Part shown: positions 30,471 to 44,059 of the stretch, one piece after another
How the letters are laid out: the number at the start of each line of letters is the position of its first letter
How positions within the stretch are numbered: position 1 is the first letter of the stretch
Origin: the human T2T-CHM13v2.0 reference genome, Homo sapiens
Assembly: GCF_009914755.1 (NCBI RefSeq)
Contig: NC_060926.1
Reading direction: 5' to 3' (one strand)
DNA: 64,000 nt
The notes under the pieces: model-generated
The model's input: the letters and a program-made list of their open reading frames with translations, nothing else
Databases searched by the model: none
Told to the model about the DNA's origin: nothing
Made by a program: the position numbers and the translations under genes

Positions 30471-33400
30471 GTTTGTGGTTGGTGGCAGCGATGGACACTG
30501 CAGCCAGCCAGAGCGTAGAAAGGCGTCGGGGTAAGTGCGCTATCCAGGCTGCACTGTGGGTGGCCTGGGACGGGTTGGGAGCCCTATCTCAGGCGTCACT
30601 GCCCGTCTTGGGTGGCCGGTTGGGTGTGCTATCTGGGGCTGTGCTGCCTGCACCGGGCGGGTGGGGGGGTGGTTTGGGGGCCAAACCGGGGCTGCACTGC
30701 CTTTGGTGGGGAGCCGGTTGGGGGCACTATCCCAGACTGTATTGCTGGCAACAGTGAGGTGGGCTAAGTGTGCTATCCGGGGCTGCACTGTGCGGCTGTC
30801 GGGGGGGTGGCGGTTTCGGGTTGAGGGCGCTATGGGGTGCTGTAATGCCCATGGTGTGGGGAGGCGGGGCAGTTTGGGTATGTTGGGTGTGCTATTGGGG
30901 GGGTGACACTGCTGGTGGTAGGGGGCAGGGTGGGTTGGGGGCCATATCAGGGGCTGCACTGATGGCTTTAGCTAGGATTTCTGGTACTATGTTAAACAAC
31001 AGTGGTGACAGGGGGCATCCTTATCATGTTCCAGATCTTAGAGGAAAAGCTTTCCATTTTTCCCCATTCCATATGATTCTAGCTGTGGGTGTCTTTCCTG
31101 TAGTTTTTATTATGTTGCGGTATGTTTCTTCTGTGCCCGTTTCTTTGAGGATTTATAGCATGAAGGGATGTTGAATTTCATCAAATGCTTTTTCGGTTTC
31201 AGTTGACGTGATGATACTGTTTTTGTCGTTTATTTGGTTGATATGATGTATCACATTGTATGTTGAGTGACCCTTGGGTCCCAGGGATACATCCCACTTG
31301 ATCATGATGAATTATCTTTTTAATGTATTACTGAATTTGATTCACTGGTATTTTGTTGAGGATTTTTGCATCCATATTAGAGATCCTGGCCTGTAGTTTC
31401 CTTCTTTGATGCTTTTGTCTGATTTTGGTATCACAGTAATAATGGTCTCATAGAATAAGTTTGGAAGTATTCCCTCCTGTTTTTCAAAATAGTTTGAGCA
31501 GGATTCGTACTAGGTCTTTAAATTGTTTGGTGTGAAGCCATCAGCAGTGAAGACATCAGTTCCTGGGCTTTTCTTTACTGGGAGACTTTTTCTGATGGCT
31601 TCAATCTCATTACTTGTTACCAATCTGTTCTGGTCTTGGATGTTTTCATTGTTTAACCTAAGTAGGTTGTATGCATCTAGGAATTTGCCAATTTCTACTA
31701 GGCTTTCCAATTTATTGGCATATAGTAGCCAGTTATGATCCTTTGAATTTCTGAAGTATTAGTTGTAATGTCTCCTTTTTTAATCTGTTGATTTTATTTA
31801 TTTGAATCTTGTCTCTTTTCTTAGCCTGGTTAAAAGTTTGTCAATTTTGTTTAGCTTTCCAGAAAACCAACTTTTCATTTAATCTTGTATGTTTTTTATT
31901 TCAATTTTGTTTGTGCTATGATCTTATTTATTTTCTTATTTTCGGTTTAGTTTGTTCTTTACTAGTTCTTTAAGATGTATTATTTGAAGGTTTTCTTTTG
32001 TTTGGATGGTAGGCACTTATAGCTGTAAATCTCTGCCTTTGTACTGCTTTCTGCATAACAAGTTTTGGTATACTGTGTTTTCATTACCCTTTGTTTCATG
32101 AAATTTTTGAATTTCTGTCTTAGTATCTTCATTGACCCGCTAGTCATTTATTCAGGAGGGTAGTGTTTAACTTCCATGTGATTGTATTGTTTCCAAAATT
32201 GCTTTTCTTATTGATACCTAGTTTTATTCCTTTGTAGTGAAAGAAGATGGCCACGGAGACAGACAGCAGCGTGGTCAGAGTGGTAGGAGCTGACCATCAG
32301 CGAGAGCTGCTCCATGCCTGGCTGCTGGGTCCTAGAGCCTGTGGCCCACTGGCTTGCCTCACTGTGGTTGGTGGTGGTGGTGACAGAGACTGCAGGACGA
32401 CCAGATGGTAGGACAGGGGCTATCCAGGGCTGCACCTTTCGCAGTGTGGGGTGGGTTGAGGGCGCTATCCAGGGTGTCATTGCCTGCATTAGGGGTACTG
32501 GTTGGTAGCACTGTACAGGGCTGCACTGCCCACGGCAGGGAGGGTGGGTTATGGGTGCTTTCTGGGGCTTCAATGCCCATGGAGGAGGACAGGTTAGGGC
32601 ACTATCGGTTATACGCTACTGGCGGCATTGGGGGATGGAGGTGGGGGGCGCTATTGAGGGCAGGACTAGCAGTGGAGCGGGGGCGAGTTCGGTGCTATCA
32701 GGGGCTGCACTGCTGGTGTCGGTCAACAGAGTTGGCATCCCAGGAAGGAGTGGTTCTCCTCTCCCTGACTCCACACTCCAGAGGGCGACCCACTCTTGGT
32801 CATACTGGAGTGCAGCAGGGCACGCAGCGTTTGCGTGGGAATCCTGAGCATGGCAGAGCCCCCACACCCACCGTGGTTCCTGGGCCTGTGTACTGTGGGT
32901 CTGTGCCTCAGAGGCTTCCAGGCACCCCTGGGGACACCACGGGGGACAGGGCCCTGTGCGTGGAGGCGTCCGGAACAGGAATTGGCACCTGGGTGTGGAG
33001 GGCTGGCTGGGTCTGAATTTTTCTGCTTCTCCTGCTCCCCAAGGAGTGCAGCCCCAGTGGGCCCAGTGGTTCCTGTGGAGTGGGGAGCTGGGTGCTGTGG
33101 TGTCTCCAGCACCCACCCCAGACCCCAGTTCCTGCCCAGCTTGGGCCAAAAGGAGAGGCTGGACTTTGGAGGGTGGGTGTGAGTGCCTTTGCTGAAACTG
33201 GCCCCTGCCACCCAGTGGCCGGCATGACAAGTTGAGGCTCTAACCCTTCCACCCCTCACATCTTTCTCTAGGCTTTTCTAGCTTTGCCCGCCCAGCTGCT
33301 CTGTGCCAGGAAGAGGAGGAGACACCTAGAGCCTGCGACACCATGGCTCGCCTCGCTGCGGGTGGGCGGCAGTGACGTAGCCTGCAGTGCACCAGAGTGG

Positions 33401-33510
33401 TAGGAGAGCGGCTGCGCTAGGAGGGCAGGCGGCTGCAGCCAGGGTTGGGGGTCAGGCTTAGAGCGATGGACGGGCTGCAGCAGTGGCCAGGTGGTAGGAG
33501 CCTTGTAGGG
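30470..33510. repeat. REP522-like GC-rich repeat split by an L1 fragment
   Basis: Recurring gctatc(c/a)gggctgcactg units at 30540-30960 and 32420-32710. Family name is from recall. Confidence 0.5.
30968..32245 (-). mobile_element. Internal L1 ORF2 fragment, internally deleted
   Basis: ORF-track peptide KFLDAYNLLRLNNENIQDQNRLVTSNEIEAIRKSLPVKKSPGTDVFTA is L1 ORF2p-like. Confidence 0.88.
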
Positions 33511-33519
33511 AGGGCTGGT

Positions 33520-36500
33520 GCATTGGCAATGGGCCTGGCTTTGCCCTGCGCCTGCCGTGGATCTGGCCCTGTACTGCCCTGCCTTGCCCTGTACCTGCCC
33601 TACTGTTACTTGGACTCTCGGCCCTGTCCTGCTCTGGTCCCATCCTGACCCTGTCTTGGCCCTGTGCTACCCTGTCCCTGCCCTGGTCTTGCCCTGGCAC
33701 TGGCCCTGCCCTGAACCTGCACTGGCCTGACCTTGGCTCTGGCCCTGGCTCTGGCCCTGCCTCTTGTCCTGATCCTGGTCGTGTCATGGCACTGGCCCTG
33801 CCAATGGTCATGGTCCTGCTCCTGTTCTGGCCCTGACCTGGCCTTGGACATGTCCTGGCCCTGCTTTGGCCCATCCCTGCCCTGGCCCCACCATGGGCCT
33901 GCCTGTTCTGCCCTCTCCTGGCACTGACCTTGCCCTGTCATGGCCCAGTGGTGCCATTGCCCTGCCTTACCCTGCGCTGGTTGTGACTTGGCCCCGCTTG
34001 GTGCTGGCCGCTCCCTGGACCTGCCCTGGACCTGCCCTGACCCTGCCCTTGGCTTTTGCCCTGCCCTCACTATGGCCTGGCCCTGGCCCTAGCCCTGGTC
34101 CTGCCATATCCCTGGCCCTGCCCTTATCCAGGCCCTGCCCCTGCTGCTGCCCTGGCCCTGGCCTGGAACCTGGTCCTGTCAAGGACCTGCCCTGACTCTG
34201 CCATGGCCCTGGCCCTGCTCTGCCTTGTTCCTGGCCCTGACCCAGACCCAGATCCTTTCCTGGCTCTGCACTGGACTTTCCCTGGCCCTGAGCTGGCAAT
34301 GGTCTGCCCCTGGTCTTGCCATCACCCTGCCCTGCTGCGCTCTGGATGTGTCATCACTCTGCCCTGGCCCTACTCTGCCTTTGACCCTGCCCTGGCCTTA
34401 CCTTGGCCCTCACCCTAGTCTTCGCTAGACCCTGCTCTGGAGCTGGCCCTAGCACAGACCTGGCCCTGATCCTGGCCGTGGTCTTTGTCCTGCCATAGCC
34501 CTGGCCCTGAAGTGGACTTGGAGGTGTCCTGGCCCCGGCATAACATGGCTCTGCATTGGCCTGTCCCTGCCCTGCCGCTACCATCTCCTTGCCCTGCTCT
34601 GTCCTGTCCCAGCACTGTCCCGGCCGTGCTATTTCCCTTCCCTACCCTGCCTTGGCTGTGCCCTGGCTCGGTTCTGGCCCTGGCCCCGGCCCTGCCCTGG
34701 ACATGCTCTGACACTGCCTCAGCCTCGGCACTAGCCTGGCTCTTTCTTGACATCAGCTCTGCTCTCTCTGTGGACCGGCTCTTGTCCTGTCCTACACTGG
34801 CCATACCATGCCCTGCCCTGCCCTGCCCTGACTCAGTCCTGGCTCAGCCCTGGCCCAACCTTGGCCTTGGCATTGCCCCTGGTCATGCCATATTTCTTGC
34901 CCTGTCCCTACCCTGGCCTTGGCCCTGACCCTTACCTTGCTGTGGCCCTGCCCTTGCCCTAACGCAGCCCCTGGTCCTGTCATGGCCCTGCCCTGGACCT
35001 GTCCTGGCCCTGGCCCTTCCCTGCTTGAGAACTTGCCCTGGTTCTCCCCTGGCCCTGACCCTGAAATGCCTGGCCCTACCCTGGCCTTGCACTGCTCTGG
35101 CCCTTGCCCTGACTCTGGTCCTGTCACTGGCCTAGCCCCAGCCCTGTTGCTGGTCTTACCATGGCCCAGACCCTGCCTTGGCCCTGCCCTGACACTGTCC
35201 TGGACCCTGGCTGTGCCAAGAACCTGCACTGTCCTTGCCATTGTTTTGCTCCTGCCCCGAACCTGGTCTTCCCCAGGCCGTGGCCATGGCCCTGGCCCTG
35301 GCCCTGCCCAGGTCTTGGCACTGTCCTGGCCCCGCCCTGCCCTGGCCCTATGCTTTTCTGGCCCTGCCTTGCCGGCCCTGGCCCTGCCTTGGCCCTAGCC
35401 TGGCTTTGACCCTGCCCTGGCCCTACCTTGGCCTTCACCCTAGCCTTACCTGGGCACTGTGTTGGACCTGGCCATAGCACAGACCTGGTTGTGGCCCTGG
35501 TCCTGCCGTGGCCCTGTCTCAGACCCTAGCCCTGCCAGGTACCTGTCCTGGCCCAGCTCTGGGCCTGGCTTTGTCCCTGGTTCTTAGATGAACCTGGTCC
35601 TGCTCCTGCCCTTGCTCTTGCCCTGGCACTGGCCTTGGACATGTCCATGGTCCTAACCCTGGCCCTGCCCAGGAGCTGCCACTGTCTTGGCTGTGCCCTG
35701 GCTCTGGCCCTGCCCCGGCCCCAACCATAGACCTGCCCTGGTTGGTCGTGAACTACCTTAACCCTGTGCTACCCTGGGCCTGCTCCACCCTGCCCTGGCC
35801 CTGCCCTCCCTTTGGCCCTGCCCTGACCCTGCCTTGGCCCTCACACTGACCCTAGCACAGACCTGGTCCTATGTGTGGCCTTGGCCTGGCATTGACCCCT
35901 GCTCCTGACCCCGGTCCTGCCATGGCCCTGGCCCTGCCAATGACCCTGGCAGCCCTGACCCTGGCCCTGTCTTGGCCCTGGCCCTGAACTGGCCCTGCCC
36001 TGACCCTGGCCCTGAAGTGGATTTGCAGGTGTCTTGTCCCTGATGTAACCTGGTCTTACCATGGCCCTGTCCCTCCCCTGGCTCTGTCCTGGCCTTCTGC
36101 TGACCCTGACCCAGACCTTGGCCCTGCCCCAGCCTTGTCCTAGATCTGGCCATGGCCCTGCGTCTGCCCTGGACCAGCGCTGGCACTGGCATGGACCCTG
36201 GCCCTGGCCCTTCGCTACTTAAGGCCATACCCTGGCCCAGCCCTGGTCCTGACCCTGTCCTGGCCCTAATTTGGCCTGGCTCTACCCTGGCATGCTATTC
36301 TGGCCCTAGCCCTGACCCTGTCCCTGTCCCTGTCCTGGCCCCAGCCCCATTGCTGGTCCTGCCACGGCCCTTGTCCTGACATTGCCCTTTCCTGGTTCTG
36401 GCCCTGGCCCTGTCCCAGCCCTGCTCTGGCCCTGGTCTGAACCCTGGCCCTGCAATAGACCTGCCTTGGTCCTGCCCAGACCCTGGCTCTGGCCCTACCT

Positions 36501-39500
36501 CTGCCCTGGCCATACCCTGGCCCTGGCCTGGACCCCAGTCCTGGTCCTTGTCCTGCCCCAGCCGTGGCCCTGGCCCTGCCCTGCCTGTGCCCTGTTCTAT
36601 CCTGGGCTGGCCCTGCCATGGCCGGGTCTTGCCATTGCCCTGCCCTAGCCTGCCCTGCTTGTGCCCTAGATCTGCCCCGGCCTTTGCCCCTGTCTTGGTT
36701 CTAGCCTTGACTGAGCCCTGGACCTTCCCTGATCTTGCCTCAGCCCTGGCACTACCCTGGCCTTGCCTTGGCATTTGCCCTACCCTCTCTATGGCCTGGC
36801 TCTGGTCCTGCCCTGCTCTGCTCTTGTTCTGTCCTGGCACAGCCCTGGCCCTGGCCCTGGCCCTGCCGTATCACTGGCTCTGGTCCTGCCCTTATGCAGA
36901 CCTGACCCTGCCACTGCCTTGGCTTTGGCCTGGACCTTGGCCATACAGTGACCCTGCCATGACCCTTTCCTGGCCCTGGCCTGGAACCTGGCCCTGCCAA
37001 GGACTCGCCCTGGCTCTGTCATGGCCCTGGCCCTTTCCTGGATTTGGGTGTGTCCTGTCCCTTATTTGCCCTGGCCCTTCCCTGGCTCTGCCATACCCCT
37101 TCTCTGGGGTAGGGCCAGGGTCAGGACCAGACCAGGGCAGGGTCAGGACCAGGGTAGGGCCATGGTAAGGCCTGAAGATGGGAAGGGCCAGGGCAGCGGC
37201 TGGACCAGGGAAGGGTCAGGGCCAGGGATGTAGTAGGACTAGGGGCAGAGCCGGCACTAGGGCTGAGCCAGGACAGAGCAGGAGAGATTACATTGGGCTA
37301 TTACGTAAAATTTTTATTTTAGATTTTTAAGATAACTGTAGTAGTAGTAATGTCTATACTATAATGTTTGTAACAGTAATAATATTTGCAGTAATCACTA
37401 AATTTTAACTAATACTATCTTTGCTTCCAGTAGTGTTCTATGAGTATAATTTTATCAATATGTTAATATGTGAGGCATTGATTCTCACAATAATTCTATG
37501 TGCTAGGTACTTAAAGCATCCCCATTTTCCAAATGTAGGAAACAGGCATAAAGAAGTTAAATACTTGGCCAGATTACTCCTGTAATCCCAGCACTTTGGG
37601 AGGCCAAAGCAGGCAGATGGCTTGAGCTCAGGAGTTTGGAACCAGCCTGGGCAACATTGTGAAACCCCATCTCTACTAAAAATGCACAAAAAGAACTAAT
37701 TTAAGTTTCTTGTAGGATTCTGGTTATAAAACACTGGTCAAACACACAGGGCATGGATAGGGCAGGGCCAGGGACAAGGTCAGGCCAGGAAGGGGCCAGG
37801 GCCAAGGCAGGGCCAGAGATGGACTTGGAAGTGTCCTGGTCTGATTTGCCCTGCCCCAACGTTGGTCCAGCCCTGCTCTGGCACTTCCTGTCATGCCCTG
37901 TCCCTGGCCTGAGCACTGGCCCTGGCCCTGTCCTGCTTCTGGCCCTGCCCCGGAGTTGACCAGGCACTGCCATGGCCCAGTCCTGCATTGCCCTGCCCTC
38001 CTCTGCCCTGGTGCTACCATGGCCCTGCTTGGGCCCTAGCTCTGCCTCTACTCTGGACCTGCCCTGACTCTGCTCAGCCCTGGATCTACCCTGACTCTGC
38101 CTTGGTGTTGCCCTCCCATCTCTATGGCCTGGCTCTGGCCGTGCCTTGCACAGATCATGCTCTGCCCTGCGTGTCCCAGCCTGGGCCCAGCCCTTGTCCT
38201 ACCATATTCCTGACCCCAGCCATACCCTTCTTCTGGCCGTGACCCTGCCGTGGCCCTCTCCTGGCCCTTCCTTGGTCCTGCCCTGCCCTTCCATGCCCTG
38301 GCCTTGCCCTCACCCTGCATTGGCCCTGCACTGGTCCTGCCCTGCCCTGGCACTGCCTTGGCCCCGGCCCTGCCTTCTCCCTGGTCTTGCCTTTGCCCTG
38401 CCCTGGCCTGACCCCAGGCCTACCGAGTCCATGAAATGGCCCTGGACCTGCCTTGCCATCGTCTGTCCTGGCCCTGTATTGTCCCCACCATGCTCTGGTC
38501 CAGCGCTTGCCCTGGCCCTGTTGCTAGTCCTGCCACTGTTATGGCCCTGCCCTGTTTTTGGCCATGCCCTGTGCTACCCTAGCCCTGCCCTGCCTTGGCC
38601 TTGGCCCTACCATGGCCTTCTCCTACCCTGACCTGGCCCTACACTGGCCTTTTCTACCCTGGCCTTGCCCTTCCCTGGTCTTGCCTTGCCCTGGCCTTGC
38701 CCTGCCCTGGCCTTGGCTTTGCCTTATCCTGGTCCTGGTTCTGCCCTGACCCTGGCCTTGCTCTGGATCCTCTCTGGTTCTGCTTTCTCCCTGGCCCTGT
38801 CCTTGCTCTGGCCCTGTCCCTGGCCCAGCCTTGACCCTGACCCTGGCCCTGACAATCCCCAGGTCTGACACTGGCCATGCTTGGCCCTGGCCCCTCCTTT
38901 TGGCCCTGCCCTGGCCCTGCCTTGGCCCTGTGCTATCTTAGTCCTGCCCTGGCCCTGAACTCACCCTGGCCCTACCCTCACCCTACACTGGCCCCGCCCT
39001 ACCCTGGCCTTGCCCTGCCCTGGCCCTGCCTTTGGCCTGCTCTGGCTCTGGTTCTGCCCTGGCCTTGCCCTTGCCCTGGACCCTCCCTGGCCATGTTTTT
39101 TTCCATGGTCCTTCTCTGGCCTTGCCCTTGCCCTGTCCCCTTTCTGGTCCTGCCATATTTCTGGCCCTGTCCTGTCCATGTCCTGGACCTGACTCTGGCC
39201 CTGGACCTCCCTGTCCCTGCCCTGCCATACCCTGACCCGTTCCTTGCTCTACACTGACCCTGCCCTGCCTTGGCCCTGTGCTACCCTAGCCTTGCCCTGG
39301 CCTTCTGCTGACCCTGATCCTGCCATGGCCCTGGCCCTGCCATGTCCCTGCCCTGGCCCTGGTTCTGCCCTGCTTCTGGCCCTGGCCTTGGTCCTCTCAT
39401 GTCCCTGGCCGTGACCCTGCCCCTGGTTTTTCTCTGGCCATGACCCTGCCCCTGTTCTGTCCTATCCCTGGCCCTGTCTTAGTTCTGTCCTAGCCCTGGC
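33520..39500. repeat. CAGGG (CCCTG/CCCTGG) pericentromeric repeat array
   Basis: Kilobases of degenerate gccctg/gccctgg units, strongly C/T-skewed on +. Polarity flips at 37106-37280 and ~37750-37820, around a non-repeat spacer (AT-rich, MIR, Alu fragment). Confidence 0.9.
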
Positions 39501-39932
39501 CTTTCACAGTACTTTATGCTTAGTAAGGGCTCCATGGTGTCTGTGAGTTGAATGTTGTGTTCATAGTATCTGCCAAAACAGAAAGAAAAAAAACAAAATA
39601 TTTTGATAAGAAGTTAAAGCTTTGTATATAATATGCCTTGAATTGTAAATGCCTGTTATTAGTTGTATTACATATAGGTCATGGTTTTGTACACATAACT
39701 CCAAACCATTGATACTGTTAAAAGAATATATGAATATATGAAAGAATGTATAAATGTAAGAATGTATCATTATCTAATTACCTTTCCAAATTAATTTTTA
39801 TTTTTAGCTCTATTAGATTTTTCTCAGTGTAACAAATGTTTATTCCTATGTAATTAAGGGCGTATTTCCTGTACAGAATATTCATATTACCTAATTGAAA
39901 ATTATATGATACAAAAATATAATACTATTTTT

Positions 39933-40400
39933 AGGCCAGGCATGGTGGCTCATACCTGTAATCCCAACATTTTGAGAGGCCAAGTTTGGAGAATCATTTG
40001 AGTCCAGGAGTTGATCAGCCTGGGCAACATAGTGAGACCTTGTCCTTATTAAATAAATAAATAAATAGGTTGGGCACTGTGGCTCATATCTGTCATCCCA
40101 GCATTTTGGGTTGCCAGTGCAGGAGGATTGCTTGAGCCCAGGAATTTGAGACCAGCCTGGGCAGAATAGCAAGACTTCATCTCTACAAATAATAAAATAT
40201 TAACCAGGTGTGGTGGTGCGCACCTGGGGTCCCAGCTACCTGGGAGGCTAATGTGGGAGATTTTCTCGAGGCTGCAGTGAACTGTGAATGCACCACTGCA
40301 TTCCAGCCTAGGCCACAGAACAGGACCTTGTCTATGAATAAAGAAATAAGTAAAAATATAAATAAAAATAAGTAAAAAGAAATATTAGTAAATATAAATA
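39933..40400 (+). mobile_element. Alu monomer plus AluJ in tandem
   Basis: Left monomer 39933-40066, then a diverged dimer with an AT-rich tail. Confidence 0.85.
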
Positions 40401-40513
40401 TAAATACATATAAATATAAAAATGCATGCATGAAAAGAAACAATTTTTAAATTTAACATCACTGAGGGCATCCTATCCCTTTCATTTCATGATTCCATTA
40501 TGTCATTTCACTT

Positions 40514-43365
40514 AGATGAAATGATAAGATGACGAGATGAGATGAAATGATGAGATGAAATGACAAAATGATGAGATGAGATGAGATGATGAGATGAAAT
40601 GGAGAGTGGAAATGATGAGATGAAATGATGAGATGAAATGACAAAGTTGAAAATAAATTGAAAGGAGATGAGATGAAATGAGATGAAATGATGAGATGAT
40701 GAAATGATGAGATGAAACGAGATGAAATGATGAGGTGAAATGAAATGAAATAATGAAATGATATGAAATAATGAAATTGAAATGAGATGAGATGAGATGA
40801 AATAATGAGATAAAATGAGATGAAATGAGATGAACGATGAGATGACATGATGAGATGAAATGAGATGAAAAATGATGAGATGAAAAATGAGATGAAATGA
40901 AATAATGAAATGAGATGAAATGAAATGAAATAATGAAAGGAAATTATGAAATGTAATGAAATTGAAATGAAATTGAAATGAGATGAGTTGAAATGATGAG
41001 ATGTAATGATGAAATGAAATGATGAAATGAGATGAGATGAAATGAGATGAAATAATGAGATGAAATGAGATGATGAGATGAGATCATGAGATGAAATGAT
41101 GAAATTAAATGAAATGATGGATGAAATGATGAGATGAAATGAGATGAAATGTAATGAGATGAAATGAAATGACATAATGAAATGAAATAATGAAATGAGA
41201 TGAAATGAAATAATGAAATGATGAAATAATGAAATGAAAATGAAATGGAAATGATGAGATGAGAAGAAATGATGAGATGAGATGAGATAAAATGAGATGA
41301 AATGATGAGATGAAATGATGAGATGAGATGAAATGAGATGAAATATGATGAGGTGAAATGACATAATGAAATGATGAAATGGAATAATGAAATGGAAATG
41401 AGATGAGATGCAATGAGTTGAAATGAGATGAAATGATGAAATGATGAGATGAAATGATGAGATGAGATGTGATGAAATGATGACATGAAATGATGACATA
41501 AAATGAGATGAAATGTAATGATGAAATGAGATGAAATGATGAGATGAGATAAAATGATATGAAATGATGAGATGAATGATGAGATGAAATGATGAGATGA
41601 GATGATGAGATGAAATGATGAGATGAACTGATGAGATGAAATGAAATGAAATAATGAAATGAAATTGAAATAAATAAATAAAATTGAAATGAGATGAGAT
41701 GAAATGATGAGATGATGAAATAAAATGATAAAATGATGAGATGTGATGAGATGAAATGATGAGATGAGATGACATGAAATAATGAAATGAAATAATGAAA
41801 TGAAATTGAAATGAGATGAGAAGATACGAGATGAAATGAAGTGATGAGATGAAATGATGAAATGATAAGATGAAAAGAGTTGATGAGATGATAAGATGAA
41901 ATGATGAGATGAAAAGATGAGATGAAATGAAATGATGAGATGAAATGAGATGAAATGAAATTAGACGAAATGTAATGAGATGAAATGAAATGACATAATG
42001 AAATGAAAAAATGAAATAATGAAATGAGGTGAAATTAAATGAGATGATGAAATTAAATGATGAAATAATGAAATGGAAATGATGAGATGAAATGATGAGA
42101 TGAATGATGAGATGAAATGAGATGAAATGATGAGATGCAATGATGAGATGAAATGATGAAATGATGAGATGAGATGAGATGTAATGATGAGAGGAAATGA
42201 TGAGATGTAATGAAATGAGATGAAATGAATGAGATGAAATAATGAAAGGAAATTGAATTGAGATATGAGATGAAATGAGATAAAATGAGATGAAATAAGA
42301 AATGATGAGGTGAAATGAAATGCTGAGGTGAGATGAGATGAAATGAGGAGATGAAACGATGAGATGAAATGAAAGGATGAGATGAAATGATGATATGAGG
42401 TGAGATGAGATGAAATGAGATGAAACGAGATGAAATGATGAAATGATGAGATGAGACGAGAAGAAATGATGAGATGAAATGAGATGAGATAAAATGAGAT
42501 GAAATGAAATGAAGTGAAATGAAATGAAATAATGAAATTGAAATGAGATGAGATGAAATGAGATAAAATGATGAGATGAAATGAGAAGAAATGAGATGAA
42601 ATGATGAGATGATGAGATGAAAAATGATGAGATGAAAAATGAGATGAAATGATGAGATGAATTGAAATGAAATGAAATAATGAAATAATGAAATGAGATG
42701 AAATGAAAAGAAATGATGAAATGATATTGAAATGAAATTGAAAGATGAGATGATGAGATGAAATGGTGAAATGTTGAAATGAAATGATGAAATGAATAGA
42801 TGTGACATGAAATGAGCTGAAATGATGAGATCAAATGAAATGAAATGAGATTAAATGATGAGATGAAAACTGATGAGATGAAATGCTGAGATGAAATGAG
42901 ATCAGATGAACTGAGATGAGATGAGATGAAATAATGAAATTAGGTGAAATAATGAAATGAGATGAAATAATGAAATTGAAATGAGATGAGAAGAAATGAG
43001 ATGAAATGTTGTAATGAAAGGAGGAAATGATGAGATGAGGAGATGAAATGATGAGATGAATTGAGATGAAATGAGATGAAAAATGATATGAAAAATGATA
43101 TCAAAAATATGAGATGAGATGAAATGAGATTATATGAAATGACATAATGAAATAAATGAAATTAGATGAAATGAAATGAAATAGTGAAATGAAATGATGA
43201 AATGAAATAATGAAAATGAAATGGAAATGAGATGAGATGAGATTTGGTGAAATGATGAGATGAAATGATGAGATGATATGAAATGATGAGATGAGATGGG
43301 ATGAGATGAAATGAGATAAAATGATGAGATGAAATGATGAGATGAAATGATGGGGTGAAGTGATG
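40514..43365. repeat. Degenerate pentamer satellite (GAAAT/GAGAT/GAT)n, ~2.85 kb
   Basis: Almost C-free + strand built from atgaa/atgag/atg units, often as the 13-mer gagatgaaatgat. Not the GGAAT unit of HSat2/3. Confidence 0.95.
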
Positions 43366-44059
43366 CACTGTCACGTGTGTGTCTATTCTTTTTCCCAAGC
43401 AACAAAAATTATAATTCATTAATTTTAATTTTATTATTTAAGAATATTCTTAAGAGTTGAAGGAAAAATAATATCTGTACATTATGGGTTACAATCTAAG
43501 TATAAATAATACATAAATATATTAAAACTTACAAAGAATATGTTTTGGAATCGAATATACCATGCTTCTGTGATGACAGTTATTTCATGCTGGTTGTCAC
43601 AATTTTACATGAAAAACTAATGAAAAAATGTTTTTAACTGTTTCTAAAAATAACAGTTTCCAAAACAGTTTTACATTCGAAATATGAAAAAGATGTCTTT
43701 GTGTTCCTTAATCTGATGAGATTTTCACACTCTGCACATGATAATTGTTAGATTTTTGTTGTGTTGATAAATTGTATATCAAATAAAAAATGTTATTACC
43801 TCTTAAATTAGGATTTTTAGGTGATATAGGCAGAAAGGACGGCAAGTTTTTATAACTTTGTCTAAATGAACTTTCTAAATGCCTGAGTATTAAAAGATAG
43901 CATGTCTATAAATCACAATGTATATATTACTGTATGACTTAGGACCAATCAAAACCGTTACCTCTGATAACATTATATTGTGCCCAGTATAAAATAGATA
44001 TAATAATACCTCAAACTTAAATCCGGGCATTGTCATTGAATATCTTAAGAATATGCAAC

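Noticed and set aside
30470-30960. Interstitial telomere array after TAR1
   Set aside because: G-rich, but no tandem TTAGGG is present.
33445-39257. Dozens of overlapping Pro/Leu/Trp/Cys- or Gly/Gln/Arg-rich ORFs
   Set aside because: Translations of the CCCTG/CAGGG repeat in all six frames.
40498-42834. 778-aa minus-strand ORF
   Set aside because: Product of a G-poor satellite strand that rarely forms stop codons; low complexity, no gene context.
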